Translations under genes and position numbers: made by a program
Assembly (NCBI GenBank): GCA_964016885.1
Contig: OZ024749.1
Location: 13,826,001-13,890,000 of the forward strand
Reading direction: 5' to 3'
DNA: 64,000 nt
Source: Eledone cirrhosa
Taxonomy: Eukaryota
Part shown: positions 13,161 through 26,488 of the stretch, one piece after another
How positions within the stretch are numbered: the first letter of the stretch is position 1
Layout of the letters: every line of letters starts with the position of its first letter
Notes under the pieces: generated by a model
What the model saw: the letters and a program-made list of their open reading frames with translations, nothing else
The model's database searches: none
What the model was told of the DNA's origin: nothing

Positions 13161-16100
13161 GGAATAAAATTGCGGGTGTGCAAAATCAGATAGCTTTTAC
13201 ATTCAAGGGGAAATAATTCTGTAAAGATACAGAAAGTCACCCCTCCTACCACAACACTATCTTCTTTCTGTCTCTCTCACTAAACAAAATACAGTCTCAC
13301 CTCACCTCTTCTGTTTGCAGGGGAGGTAAGTATGTAAACATACAGAACGGCACCAAGTTCAAACTTGGGCGCTCTACCAAGTAAATATATCTCGAACAAA
13401 ATAAATAAATTAATAAAACCCGATAATAAAACATCAATGTATTCGCCATAATTACATTCACAACTTTACAATAAAACATTAATAAGAGAAATTAACGAAG
13501 TAAAGGTAAGATTAAAACCTAAACTTCGTGAATTTCCGGTAAAAGTATTCCGTGTTGTCTTAGCTTACGATAGTTACAATTGTGTGAGTGTGTGTGCATG
13601 TATATAAATATACCTGTAAACGTGTGTTTATAGGTATATTTATATAATTTATGTATGGTTGCATGTATATTTATATATATATATATATACACGACATAAC
13701 TCTCTTCTGCCAAGACAACAGAATGAGAGAGAAGCATACGTATATATTTATGTATGCATGTATGTATATATAAATTATTGTCTTATTTACAAAAATATTT
13801 TTCTAATGTGTTTAAAATTTCATATTGTGTCGTCTGGTTTTCTTCCATTTAATCACGACATAACTCTCGACTCACTCCCCTTCATTTACTTACTGTCTCA
13901 CACTCTCTCTTTTTCTCTCTTCCCCTCTCACACAATATCTCCTTTCTCTCTCTATTTGCCGGCCACTTCTCTTACATAGTCTTTCATCTGTCTCTCTCTC
14001 TTTCCACCTTTCTCTTTTTGTTTCCCCCTCTCTCATACTCTACACTTTCTACCTCCCACTCTCATTCTCAGATCCTTCTTTCTCTTTCTTTTCTTCTCTC
14101 TGCCTTACCTACTTTTCGCTCAACACCTCCTCGCTATCTGCCTCTCTCTCCCTCCTACCACTACACTAGCTCCTCTCTCTCTCACCTACCAAACCTAAAC
14201 ACTTCCACCTCATCTAACCTCTTCGTTCTCTCTCCTGGAATAAAATTGCGGGTGTGCAAAATCAGATAGCTTTTACATTCAAGGGGAAATAATTCTGTAA
14301 ACATACAGAAAGACACCCCTCCTACCACAACACTATCTCCTTTCTGTCTCTCTCACCAAACGATAAAGACTCTCACCTCACCTCTTCTCCGTTGGTAGGG
14401 GAGGTAAATATGTAAACATACAGGATGGCACCAAGTTCAAACTTGAGCGCTCTCCCAGGTAAAAATATCTCGAACAAAATAAATAAATTAATAAAACCCG
14501 ACAATAAAACATCAATGTATTCGGCATAATTACATTCACAAAATTATAATAAAACATTAATAAGAGAAACTAATGAAATAAAGTTAAGACTAAACCCTAA
14601 ACTTCGTGAAATTCCGGCAAAAGTATTCGTGTTGTCTGAGCAGACGATAGTTACATGTGTGTGTGTATATATATACCTGTAAACATACGTATATATTTAT
14701 GTATGCATGTATGTATATAAATTATTGTCTTATTTACAAAAATATTTTTCGAATATCGTGTTTAATATTTCATATTGTGTCGTCTGGTTTTCTTCCATTT
14801 AATCACAACATAACTCTCGACTCACTCCCCTTCATTTACTTACTGTCTCACACTCTCTCTTTCTTTCTCTCTTCCCCTTTCTCTATTTGCCGGTCACTTC
14901 TCTCTCTCTTTCTCTCTCCTCCTTCCTCTTTTGTCTCTTTCTCTCTGTCGCTGTTTCCATCCTCAACTCACTCTCTTTCTTTCTTTTTGTTTCCCCCTCT
15001 CTCTTACTCTTCACTTTCTACTTCCCACTCTCATTCGCAAATCCTTCTTTCTCTTTCTTTTCTTCTTTCCCTCTCTCTGCCTTACCTATTATTCGCTCAA
15101 CACCCCCCTCTCTCCCTCCAGCTCCTCTGTATTTCTCTGCCTCACTTCCTCTCTCTCTGTCATTACATCTGACTCCCTCCTACCACTACACTACTCCTCT
15201 CTCACTCACCTACCAAACCTAAACACTCCCACCTCATCTAACTTCTTCGTTCTCTCTCCTGGAATAAAATTGCGGGTGTGCAAAATCACATAGCTTTTAC
15301 ATTCAAGGGGAAATAATTCTGTAAAGATACAGAAAGTCACCCCTCCTACCACAACACTATCTTCTTTCTGTCTCTCTCACTAAACAAAAAACAGTCTCAC
15401 CTCACCTCTTCTGTTTGCAGGGGAGGTAAGTATGTAAACATACAGAACGGCACCAAGTTCAAACTTGGGCGCTCTACCAAGTAAAAATATCTCGAACAAA
15501 ATAAATAAATTAATAAAACCCGATAATAAAACATCAATGTATTCGCCATAATTACATTCACAACTTTACAATAAAACATTAATAAGAGAAATTAACGAAG
15601 TAAAGGTAAGATTAAAACCTAAACTTCGTGAATTTCCGGTAAAAGTATTCCGTGTTGTCTTAGCTTACGATAGTTACAATTGTGTGAGTGTGTGCATGTA
15701 TATTTATATATATATACACGACATAACTCTCTTCTGCCAAGACAACAGAATGAGAGAGAAGCATACGTATATATTTATGTAAGCATGTATGTATATATAA
15801 ATTATTGTCTTATTTACAAAAATATTTTTCTAATGTGTTTAATATTTCATATTGTGTCGTCTGGTTTTCCATTTAATCACGACATAACTCTCGACTCACT
15901 CCCCTTCATTTACTTACTGTCTCTTTCTTTCTCTCTTCCCCTCTTACACAACCTCTCCTTTCTCTCTCTTTTTGCAGGCCACTTCTCTCACACAGCTTTT
16001 TCTCTCTCTTTCCCCCTTTCTCTTTTGTCTCTTTCCCTCTGTCGCTGTTTCCATCTTATAGTCACTATCTTTCTCTTTCTTTTTGTTTCCCCCTCTCTCT

Positions 16101-19100
16101 TACTCAAATCTCTCTTTCTCTTTCTTTCTTACCCCCACCCTCTCTCCAGCTCCTCTGTATTTCTCTGCCTCACCTCCTCTCTCTCTGTCATTACATCTGA
16201 CTCCCTCCTACCACTACACTAGCTCCTCTCTCACCCACCAAACCTAAACACTCCCACCTCATCTAACCTCTCGTTCTCTCTCCTGGAATAAAATTGCGGG
16301 TGTGCAAAATCAGATAGCTTTTACATTCAAGGGGAAATAATTCAGTAAACATACAGAAAGACACCCCTCCTACCACAACACTATCTCCTTTCTGTCTCTC
16401 TCACCAAACAATAAACACTCTCACCTCACCTCTTCTGTTTGCAGGGGAGGTAAGTATGTAAACATACAGAGCGGTACCAAGTTCAAACTTGGGCGCTCTA
16501 CCAGGTAAAAATATCTCGAACAAAATAAATAGATTAATAAAACCATACAATAAAACATCAATGTATTATGGCGAATACATTGATGTTTTATTGTCGGGTT
16601 TTATTAATTTATTTATTTTCTTCGAGATATTTTTACTTGGTAGAGCGCCCAAGTTTGAACTTGGTGCCGTTCTGTATGTTTACATATTTATTTCTCCCGC
16701 AAACAGAGAAGAGGGGAGGTAAGAGTGTTTATCGTTTAGTGAGAGAGACAGAAAGGAGATAGTATTGTGGTAGGAGGGGTGACTTTCTGTATGTTTACAG
16801 AATTATTTCCCCTTGAATGTAAAAGCTATCTGATTTTGCACACCCGCAATTTTATTCCAGGGGAGAGAACGAGAGGTTAGATGAGGTGGAAGTGTTTAGG
16901 TTTGGTGGGTGAGAGAGAGAGGAGCTAGTGTAGTGGTAGGAGGGAGTCAGATGTAATGACAGAGAGAGAGGAGGTGAGGCAGAGAAATACAGAGGAGCTG
17001 GAGGGGGGGGGGTAAGAAAGAAAGAGAAAGAGAGATTTGAATAAGAGAGAGGGGGAAACAAAAAGAAAGAGAAAGATAGTGACTATAAGATGGAAACAGC
17101 GACAGAGAGAACAAAATAAATAAATTAATAAAACTCGATAATAAAACATCAATGTATTCGCCATAATTACATTCACAACTTTACAATAAAATATTAATAA
17201 GAGAAACTAACGAAGTAAAGGTAAGATTAAAATATAAACTTCGTGAAATTCCGGTAAAAGTATTCGTGTTGTCTGAGCAGACAATAGTTACATGTGTGTG
17301 TATAAATATACCTGTAAACATACGTATATATTTATGTATGCATGTATGTATATATAAATTATTGTCTTATTTACAAAAATATTTTTCTAATGTGTTTAAA
17401 ATTTCATATTGTGTCGTCTGGTTTTCTTCCATTTAATCACAACATAACTCTCGACTCACTCCCCTTCATTTACTTACTGTCTCACACTCTTTCTTTCTCT
17501 CTTCCCCTCTTACACAACCTCTCCTTTCTCTCTCTAAGTGCCGGCCACTTCTCTCTCCCTTCTCTTTTGTCTCTTTCTTTCTGTCGCTGTTTCCATCCTA
17601 TAGTCACTCTCTGTCTCTTACTTTTTGTTTCCCCCTCTTTCTACTTCCCTCTCTCATTCTCAAATCCTTCTTTTTCTTTCTTTTCTTCTTTCCCTCTCTC
17701 TGCCTTACCTACTATTCGCTCAACACACCCCTCTCTCTCTCCAGCTCCTCTGTATTTCTCTGCCTCACTTCCTCTCTCTCTGTCATTACATCTGACTCCC
17801 TCCTACCACTACACTAGCTCCTCTCTCTCTCACCTACCAAACCTAAACACTTCCACCTCATCTAACCTCTTCGACCTCTCTCCTGGAATAAAATTGCGGG
17901 TGTGCAAAATCAGATGGATTTTACATTCAAGGGGAAATAATTCTGTTAACATACAGAAAGACACCCCTCCTACCACAACACTATCTTCTTTCTGTCCCTC
18001 TCACCAACCAACAAACACTCTCACCTCCTCTCTTCTCCGTTGGGGGGAGAAGTAAATATGTAAACATACAGAACGGCACCAAGTTCAAACTTGGGTGCTC
18101 TACCAGGTAAAAATATCTCGAACAAAATAAATAAATTAATAAAACCCGATAATAAAACATCAATGTATTCGCCATAATTACATTCACAACTTTACAATAA
18201 AATATTAATAAGAGAAACTAACGAAGTAAAGGTAAGATTAAAACTTAAATTTCGTGAAATTCCGGTAAAAGTATTCGTGTTGTCTGAGCAGACGATAGTT
18301 ACAAATGTGTGTGTAAATATACCTGTAAACGTATGTATATATTTATGTTTGCATGCATGTACATAAATATATACATATGTTTACATGTATATTTATATAT
18401 ACGCGATATAACTCTCTTCTTCCAAGACAACAGAATGAGAGAGTAGCATATGTATATATTTATGTATGCATTAAATGTATATAAATCATTTTCGAATATC
18501 GTGTTTAATATTTCATATTGTGTCGTCTGGTTTTCTTCCATTTAATCACGACATAACTCTCGACTCACTCCCTTTCATTTACTTACTGTCTCACACACTC
18601 TCTCTTTCTCTCTTCCCCTCTCACACAACCTCTTCTTTCTCTCTTTTTTCTGGCCACTTCTCTTACACAACCTTTTCTCTGTCTCTTTCCCCTTTTCTCT
18701 TTTGTCTCTTTCCTCTGTCGCTGTTTCCATCCTATACACACTTTCTCCCTTTCTTTTTCTTTTTGTTTTCCCCTCTTTCTTACTCTGCTCTTTCTACTTC
18801 CCTCTCTCATTCGCAAATCCTTCTTTCTCTTTCTTTTCTTCTTTCCCCCTCTCTGCCTTACCTACTATTCGCTCAAACCCCCCCTCTCTCTCTCCAGCTC
18901 CTCTGTATTTCTCTGCCTCACCTCCTCTCTCTCTGTCATTACATCTGACTCCCTCCTACCACTACACTAGCTCCTCTCTCTCTCACCTACCAAACCTAAA
19001 CACTCCCACCTCATTTAACCTCTCGTTCTCTCTCCTAGAATAAAATTGCGGGTGTGCAAAATCAGATGGATTTTACATTCAAGGGGAAATAATTCTGTAA

Positions 19101-19445
19101 AGATACAGAAAGTCACCCCTCCTACCACAATACTATCTCCTTTCTGTCTCTCTCACTAAACGATAAACACTCTTACCTCCCCTCTTCTCCGTTTGCGGGA
19201 GAAATAAATATGTAAACATACAGAACGGCACCAAGTTCAAACTTGGGCGCTCTACGAAGTAAAAATATCTCGAAGAAAATAAATAAATTAATAAAACCCG
19301 ACAATAAAACATCAATGTATTCGCCATAATTACATTTACAAAATTATAATAAGGGAAACTAACGAAGTAAAGGTAAGATTAAACCCTAAACTTCGTGAAA
19401 TTCCGGTAAAAGTATTCGTGTTGATCGTCAGACGATCGTTACATG
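13161..19445. repeat. Tandem array of ~1.0-1.15 kb units with internal inversion
   Basis: Unit marker ggaataaaattgcgggtgtgcaaaatca at about 13161, 14237, 15261, 16285, 17885 and 19037. Reverse-complement segment at about 16566-17108. Confidence 0.92.
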
Positions 19446-19629
19446 TGTGTGTGTGTTTGTGCATGTATTTGTGTGTGTATGCTTGCGTGTGTGTGTCTAT
19501 ATATATGACTCGAGATCTCTTTGTGGTCGTCCGGTGTTAGAAAGAGCTCCCATATATAGATATGTATATATCTGTGTGTATGTGTATATATATATATATG
19601 TGTGTGTGTGTTTGTGCTTGTGCATATAT

Positions 19630-21600
19630 ATGGGAGGCAGAGAGTAGGAGATTTGCCAATGTTCTGCGACGGGAAGATCAGAGGCGTGCGGTGTTCCACA
19701 TTGCAAGGCAGTGTGTCAATGCAAATCAGGATGTTGTTGGAGATAAATGTGTCCGGGATGATGCCGGTGTACTTAGTGTCACGAATGACCAGAAAAAGGA
19801 GGCCTGGAAATGTCATTATGAGAGACTGATGAATGTGGAGAACGAATGGGAGAGAGAGAAATTACCCTTGGTAGATCCGACAGAGGGACCAGCTATTGAG
19901 ATTGACGAATATAGGGTCCAAGAGGCGATTAGGGAAATGAAAAATGGTAAGGCGGCCGGACCATCGGGAATAGTTGCTGAGATGCTGAAGGCATCAGGGG
20001 ACGTAGGCACTAAACTGGTTGCACGCATCATCAATCAGGCTATATATGGTGGTGTCATACCCAAAGACTGGTGCAGCAGTATTCTCATAAATTGCTACAA
20101 AGGTAAAGGGGATGCTTTGGAGAGGAGCAATTATAGGGGTATAAAACTGATAGATCAGGTTATGAAAGTGGCAGAAAGGATGTTAGCACAACTAATTAGA
20201 GAAAGGGTCAAACTAGATGAGATGCAGTTTGGTTTTGTGCCTGGGAAGAGTACAACAGATGCCCTCTTCTTGGTGAGACAAATGCAAGAGAGATTCTTAG
20301 AGAAGAATAAGCCACTATACTTAGCCTTTGTTGACCTAGAGAAGGCCTTTGATAGGGTACCCCGATCTGTCATCTGGTGGTCCCTAAGGAAGCTAGGTGT
20401 TGAGGAATGGCTTGTGAGGACAGTGCAAACTTTGTACAGAGGTACTCTCAGTAAAGTCAGGGTAGGAATGGAGTTTAGTGAGGAATTCCAGATACAAGTA
20501 GGAGTACATCAGGGTTCGGTCCTCAGCCCGCTCTTGTTCATTATAGTCCTCCAAGCCATAACAGAGGAGTTTAAGACTGGCTGTCCATGGGAACTTCTCT
20601 ATGCTGACGATCTGGCTCTTATAGCAGAATCAGTAGAGGAGCTAGAGAATAAATTCCGGCTATGGAAACAGCAGTTGGAAGCAAGAGGACTGAGAGTAAA
20701 TCTAGCTAAGACAAAAGTGTTGATGAGTAGAAAAGAGGACAAAACCCTGATTCCGTCAGGGAAATGGCCATGTTCGATATGCAGAAAAGGAACTGGCATA
20801 AATTCTATAAAATGCACACAATGCAGGTCCTGGGTACACAAGAGATGTAGCGGGATAGCAAGCAAACTAACAGGTAGGGAGAAATATGTATGCAGTAGAT
20901 GTACAGGGAAATTAGACAGTAGAAGTCGCACTGATAGACACATTTTTCAAATGCGAGAGGGCGCTATAGAAGTGGTGGATAGCTTCCGGTACCTAGGAGA
21001 TCAGATTAGCATGGGAGGAGGGTGTTCCGAGGCCATAGTATCTAGAATAAGGATGGGTTGGAAGAAGTTTAGGGAGCTGCTTCCTCTGTTGACGAAGAAG
21101 GGTTTCTCCCTGCGTACGAAAGGCCGGTTGTATGATGCCTGTGTGAGGAGCGCGATGCTGCATGGTAGTGAGACATGGGCAGCAACCGCAGAGGATATGC
21201 GACGGCTGGAGAGAAATGAGGCAAGCATGCTCCATTGGATGTGCAGTGTAAATGTGCGTGAACGACCCAGCATAAATGTGTTGAGAGAGAAACTGTGTCT
21301 GAGAGGGATAGAATGTAGTGTACGGGAGAGGAGACTGAGGTGGTATGGACATGTGATGCGCATGGAAGATGACCGATGGGTGAAGAAGTGCCAGGAAATG
21401 CCAGTTGAAGGAAGACGTGGTAGAGGTAGACCACGAAAAACATGGGCGGAGGTGGTGAGAACAGACCTCAGATCATTGAAGCTCACGGCGGAGATGACGA
21501 GGGACCGTGACGAGTGGAGAGATGCTGTGCTGAATAAGACCCGTCCCACCCTTGCAAGCAGGGAAAAGCGGACGTAAAATGATGATGATGATGATGATGA
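19630..21600 (+). mobile_element. RTE-clade LINE, 5'-truncated, uninterrupted RT ORF with PHD-like Zn finger
   Basis: ORF to stop 21577 with KAAGPSG, NYRGIKL, QFGF, FVDLEKAFD, GVHQGSVLSP, YADD and RLRWYGH...RGRPRKTW. Very short 3' UTR with (ATG)n tail. No endonuclease domain present. Confidence 0.93.
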
Positions 21601-21616
21601 TATATATATATATATA

Positions 21617-21651
<35 letters not shown>

Positions 21652-21991
21652 ATGTATGTATGTATGTATGTATGTATGTTTTGAGACAGTAGTTATTATT
21701 ACAAATTGGAAATATGCTGAACAAAAATGAATTTCTTTAATATAAAGAAAGATATATAGACAAATAGAAAAAATGATTTGAAATCTTACTATTTGTACAG
21801 GATTGGATGAATATTGGAGTTATATATATATATATCCCTTATCTACTACTATATAATATATATATGTGTGTGTGTGTGTTTGTAAGCAAAGTAGTTTCTT
21901 TTATCAAACAATGACAGGAATGAGAGAGAAAGAGAGAAGGGAGGTGGAGGAAGAAGATAAAAAAGAAGAATTGTGGAAAGTCTGAACTTAC

Positions 21992-22132
21992 CAAACAGGA
22001 GAAATCAAAAGTGAATTTCTGATCCATTACTGAAGAACCAAGTTGTCGTACTTGAGTATTGAGGACTTGTTGTAAGGCAGAGTTTAACAGATGTGTTGTT
22101 GTGTGGTTACGCATACAGCCTTGTCTTACAGC
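21992..22132 (-). CDS. AARS2: AlaRS coding exon 14 (editing domain HxxxH)
   Basis: AVRQGCMRNHTTTHLLNSALQQVLNTQVRQLGSSVMDQKFTFDFSCL; tag/gtaagt. Confidence 0.93.
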
Positions 22133-22878
22133 CTACAATAGAACAGATGTAGTGAGGACTTGTTGTAAGGCAGAGTTTAACAGATGTGTTGTTGTGTGGT
22201 TACACATACAGCTTTGTCTTACAGCCTACAATAGAACAGATGTAGTGAGGACTTGTTGTAAGGCAGAGTTTAACAGATGTGTTGTTGTGTGGTTACACAT
22301 ACAGCTTTGTCTTACAGCCTACAATAGAACAGATGTAGTGAGGACTTGTTGTAAGGCAGAGTTTAACAGATGTGTTGTTGTGTGGTTACACATACAGCTT
22401 TGTCTTACAGCCTACAATATAACAGATGTAGTGAGGACTTGTTGTAAGGCAGAGTTTAACAGATGTGTTGTTGTGTGGTTACACATACAGCTTTGTCTTA
22501 CAGCCTACAATAGAACAAATGTAGTGAGGACTTGTTGTAAGGCAGAGTTTAACAGATGTGTTGTTGTGTGGTTACACATACAGCTTTGTCTTACAGCCTA
22601 CAATATAACAGATGTAGTGAGGACTTGTTGTAAGGCAGAGTTTAACAGATGTGTTGTTGTGTGGTTACACATACAGCTTTGTCTTACAGCTTACAATAGA
22701 ACAGATGTAGTGAGGACTTGTAAGGCAGAGTTTAACAGATGTGTTGTTGTGTGGTTACACATACAGCCTTGTCTTACAACTTACTATAGAACAGATGTAG
22801 TGAGGACTTGTTGTAAGGCAGAGTTTAACAGATGTGTTGTTGTGTGGTTACACATACAGTCTTACAGCCTACAATAGG
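22060..22878 (-). repeat. 93-bp tandem repeat made of acceptor + 5' part of exon 14
   Basis: Nine units; the leftmost is the real exon start. Confidence 0.95.
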
Positions 22879-23189
22879 ACAGATACAGAACAGATGTTGA
22901 ACAGATGTGGTGAGGACTTGTAGTAAGGAGTATATATTTTTAACTGTAAAATCCCGCCGAGGTTAACTTTGCCTTTCATCCTTACAGGGTCATGGTAGTG
23001 GTGATGGTGATGGTGGTGGTGGTGGTGTTGGAGATGATGATGGTGATGATGATGGTGGTGGTGGTGGTAGAGATGATGGTGGTGGTGGAGATGGTGGTGG
23101 TGGTGGAGATGGTGATAATGATGGTAGTGGTGGTTGTGGTAGAGATGATGGTGGTTGTGGAGATAATGATGATGATGATGAAATCTTAC

Positions 23190-23312
23190 CTGATCTAACT
23201 GCAGACTAACCAAATCCTCATTAGTGAAGCTACCTTCCTGTACATGGCCAAAGTGCAGCACATAGTTGTGCATCTGTTGCACATTGGTTACCTGGAATTT
23301 AGCACCTGTCCT
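23190..23312 (-). CDS. AARS2: AlaRS coding exon 13
   Basis: RTGAKFQVTNVQQMHNYVLHFGHVQEGSFTNEDLVSLQLDQ; gcag/gtaaga. Confidence 0.92.
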
Positions 23313-23785
23313 CTGCAATAAAGTAGAAATCGGTGAGTGCAGGTAGTTGGGGGTTAAATTAAGGGTAGATATATGAAATGTGTGCAGTGCTGGATTTAGA
23401 CCTTGGGGGATGGGGCACATTAGGTTTGCGGGGGTTAGGGTGGCCTGGGTTACTTCCGGTTTGTGAGGGACCCTAGGCACTTCAGTCTTTTTTTGGGGGG
23501 AGGGGGGGAGGCACTTTAGGTTTGGAGGGGCTCCTCATGCACAAAAACTTAGAATACACAGCGACCCCCTCCCCCCCAAGTAATTGGAATTGAAAAGTTA
23601 TACATCCAGGTATTAAATTAAAAAAATCTAACCATCCTCAAACTAAAAAGCCCAGCAGAGGGCACAAATTGTGATGGCTGTTGTTGATGGGGCCCCCCCA
23701 TTGTAGAGGGCCTGAGGCAATTGCCCTCTTTGTCCTCCATTAAGTCTGGCCCTGAATGTGTGCATCCCAACACAAATGGAAATAA

Positions 23786-24222
23786 TAATTGTTTCTACTT
23801 TTGGCTTAAGGCCAGCAATTACCCAGTGCATTACTGGTACTTTATTTTATCGACCCCGTAAGGATGAAAGACAAAATTAACCTCGGCAGGATTTGAACTC
23901 AGATCATAAAGGGACGTAACTCTATGCTTCACAGCATGGTGTCCAACTCTCTACCGATACTGCCAATCCACCGCCCACAAATGGCCATAATAATAGTTGA
24001 TTCTTATATATAATGGTTTCTACTTTAGGCACAAAGCCAGGATTTTGGGGGAGGGAAAAGTCGATTAAATCAACCCAAGTACATAACTGGTACTTTATTT
24101 TATTGACCTCGTAAGGATGAAAGGTAAACCTAACTGCAGCGGGATTTGAACTTAGAACATAGAGGGCCATAACTCTATGCTACACAGCGTAGTGTCAGAC
24201 GCTCTACCGATACTGCCAATCC
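23786..24222 (-). mobile_element. SINE family A, two tandem copies
   Basis: A-box tggcagtatcggtaga, B-box and shared body. Confidence 0.8.
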
Positions 24223-24322
24223 TTATATATAATGGAGGCGCATGGCATAATGGTAAATGTGTTGGACTAATGAAAGAGAGAGAGGGGGGGGAGAGAGAGA
24301 GAGTCTAAAATCAATGACTGAC

Positions 24323-24486
24323 CTTTCCAAATATTTTACCTAGGTCACAGTGTTGACCTCCAGCTTCAGCATAGAAAGATGTCTTGTTTAATAGAATAAC
24401 ACAACTGTCTCCAGCAGAAACCTTCTCAGTCAGAGTATTGTCATGGATTAAAGCCACCACACGACTGTCAGGGACATCGGAGAAAG
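24323..24486 (-). CDS. AARS2: AlaRS coding exon 12
   Basis: VVALIHDN...CVILLNKTSFYAEAGGQHCDLG (T-FYAE-GGQ--D-G motif); cag/gtcagt. Confidence 0.93.
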
Positions 24487-24602
24487 CTGGTAACAACAGG
24501 AAGAAGAAAGAGATGAAAGGTGGAGATGTGATAAAGAAAGTAGGAGTACAGGAAGATATATATATATATATACACATTATATACACGTTATATACACATT
24601 AT

Positions 24603-24641
<39 letters not shown>

Positions 24642-25982
24642 CACTCAGCAGAGAGAGAAGGGTAGAAAGGAGATAGATGGTAAGAAAGAAAGAGAATAAG
24701 TGAGTGGGAGAGAGAGAGAGGGGGGGGAATAAGTGAGTGGAAGAGAGAGAGAGGGGGAATAAGTGAGTGGGAGAGAGAACTTACTTCACCCCCCCCCCCC
24801 CTCTCACTTCCATTTTCCTTCGTCTCTCCGTCTTTGCATCTGTTCTCACTAAGATCAGACGTTTTTCTCTTCGCTCTCTCTCGTGGTGTTAATACGGATT
24901 CAGGGCTTACATTCGGTCTCCTTTTTAACTTTTCCCTCTCTCCCATTGGTTACTGTAACTTACATGTACTACTGTCTCGTGTTTCCCCGTCTCTATCGGT
25001 ATGTTTTTCTTCTGTTTATATTCTTTTTCTGTCGTTCTCTTCGCAATCATCTCTGTTTTTTGTTGTTGTTTTCTTCCCTAATAACAATCCCTCTTAGTCA
25101 TTAATGTACTGTGGTGAGATGTACTGTCTTTAATGCATTGAAACATCACCAACCCACAGCAGATAGCTGAAGAGAGAGAATTGTCCTTATGTTTGTGTTT
25201 CTCTTACGTTTTCTAAACAATATCTATTAGTAACCACATAGCGCCTTACATATACTCACATACACAGACACACTCTCACCTATATATATATTTATATGGA
25301 ACAGTGGTTTCTAACATTTTCAATACCAAAGAACCATCACTATCCCCATCATCATCATCCTCACCATCATCACCTTCATCATTACCATCATCATTATTAC
25401 CATCATCAACAACAGTATGACCCCCCCCCCCCCATCATCACCAATACCACCATCACCACCACCACTACCACCTCCATTATCCACACCAGCAGCAAAACCA
25501 CCCTTCGGCTGGTTTTCTGCTATCATGTGTAGTGTGCATATTGATATTATACACAAATATATATACATGTAGATATGATACATCAAAATAAAATTGTAAT
25601 TGACAATATACACAGAAATGGAAGAGAGACTGTGTTACACTGTCGTCTGTAATCAGTAATGTAATCCACAATACATTTAAAAAAGACGATATTATATATA
25701 AACTACATTACGGTGAAATGTTATGAAAATGAAAAAGGAGAAAATTAGCGAAGGAAATATAAATGCTATGATATAACGATGCAAATATATGAACATTTAT
25801 ATAAGCGATGTGATATAGCATATGTTATATCATAACTGGAAGTATTGACATTTGAAAATTTTAAAATAAGTGAATCTTAAAATAAGCAATCATTATATAT
25901 AAGAATGTTTATGTTTAATCAACAGCTACGAAATTTAGTAGATAAATTATGTAATATTCATTCATTATTTATTCAGTTACGA

Positions 25983-26292
25983 GGGCGGTGAATTGGCAGT
26001 ATCGGTAGAGGGTCGGACGCCATGCTTTGACGCATAGAGTTACGGCCCTTGCCATTCTGAGTTCAAATCCTTACGGGGTCGATAAAATAAAGTACCAGTA
26101 ATGCACTGGGTTATTGCTGGCCTTGTGCCAAAAAGAAGAAACAATTATTTATTCAGTTACGTCCCTTTACGGATTGAGTTCAAATCCCGCCGAGGTTAAC
26201 TTTGCCTTTCATCCTTACGGGGTCGATAAAATAAAGTACCAGTAATACACTGGGATAATTGCTGGCCTTGTGCCAAAAGTAGAAACAATTAT
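25983..26292 (+). mobile_element. SINE family A, two tandem copies
   Basis: gggcggtgaattggcagtatcggtagag...gagttcaaatcc...gtgccaaaagtagaaacaatt. Confidence 0.8.
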
Positions 26293-26488
26293 TTATTCAA
26301 AGTAATCCAACTTATTTTACTAACGTGTTCAGAAAAAATACCCCTGACACAGTCTCACAGTCCTTCAATTATTGTATATAAGATGATGATTATGGTGGTG
26401 GGAATGATGGTCATAGTGTTGATGATGTTGACAGGGATGATGATGGGGTTGGTCAACTGTGCTCACAAATGGTCAACAATATACTTAC

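Noticed and set aside
13297-19327. Repeated small ORFs (MANTLMFYYRVLL..., Ser/Leu/Phe-rich)
   Set aside because: They derive from the 1 kb array and CT-rich tracts; frames are not conserved between units.
22059-22877. 272-aa plus-strand Cys-rich ORF or CRISPR-like array
   Set aside because: Antisense reading of the exon-derived 93-bp repeat; no unique spacers, and the context is eukaryotic.
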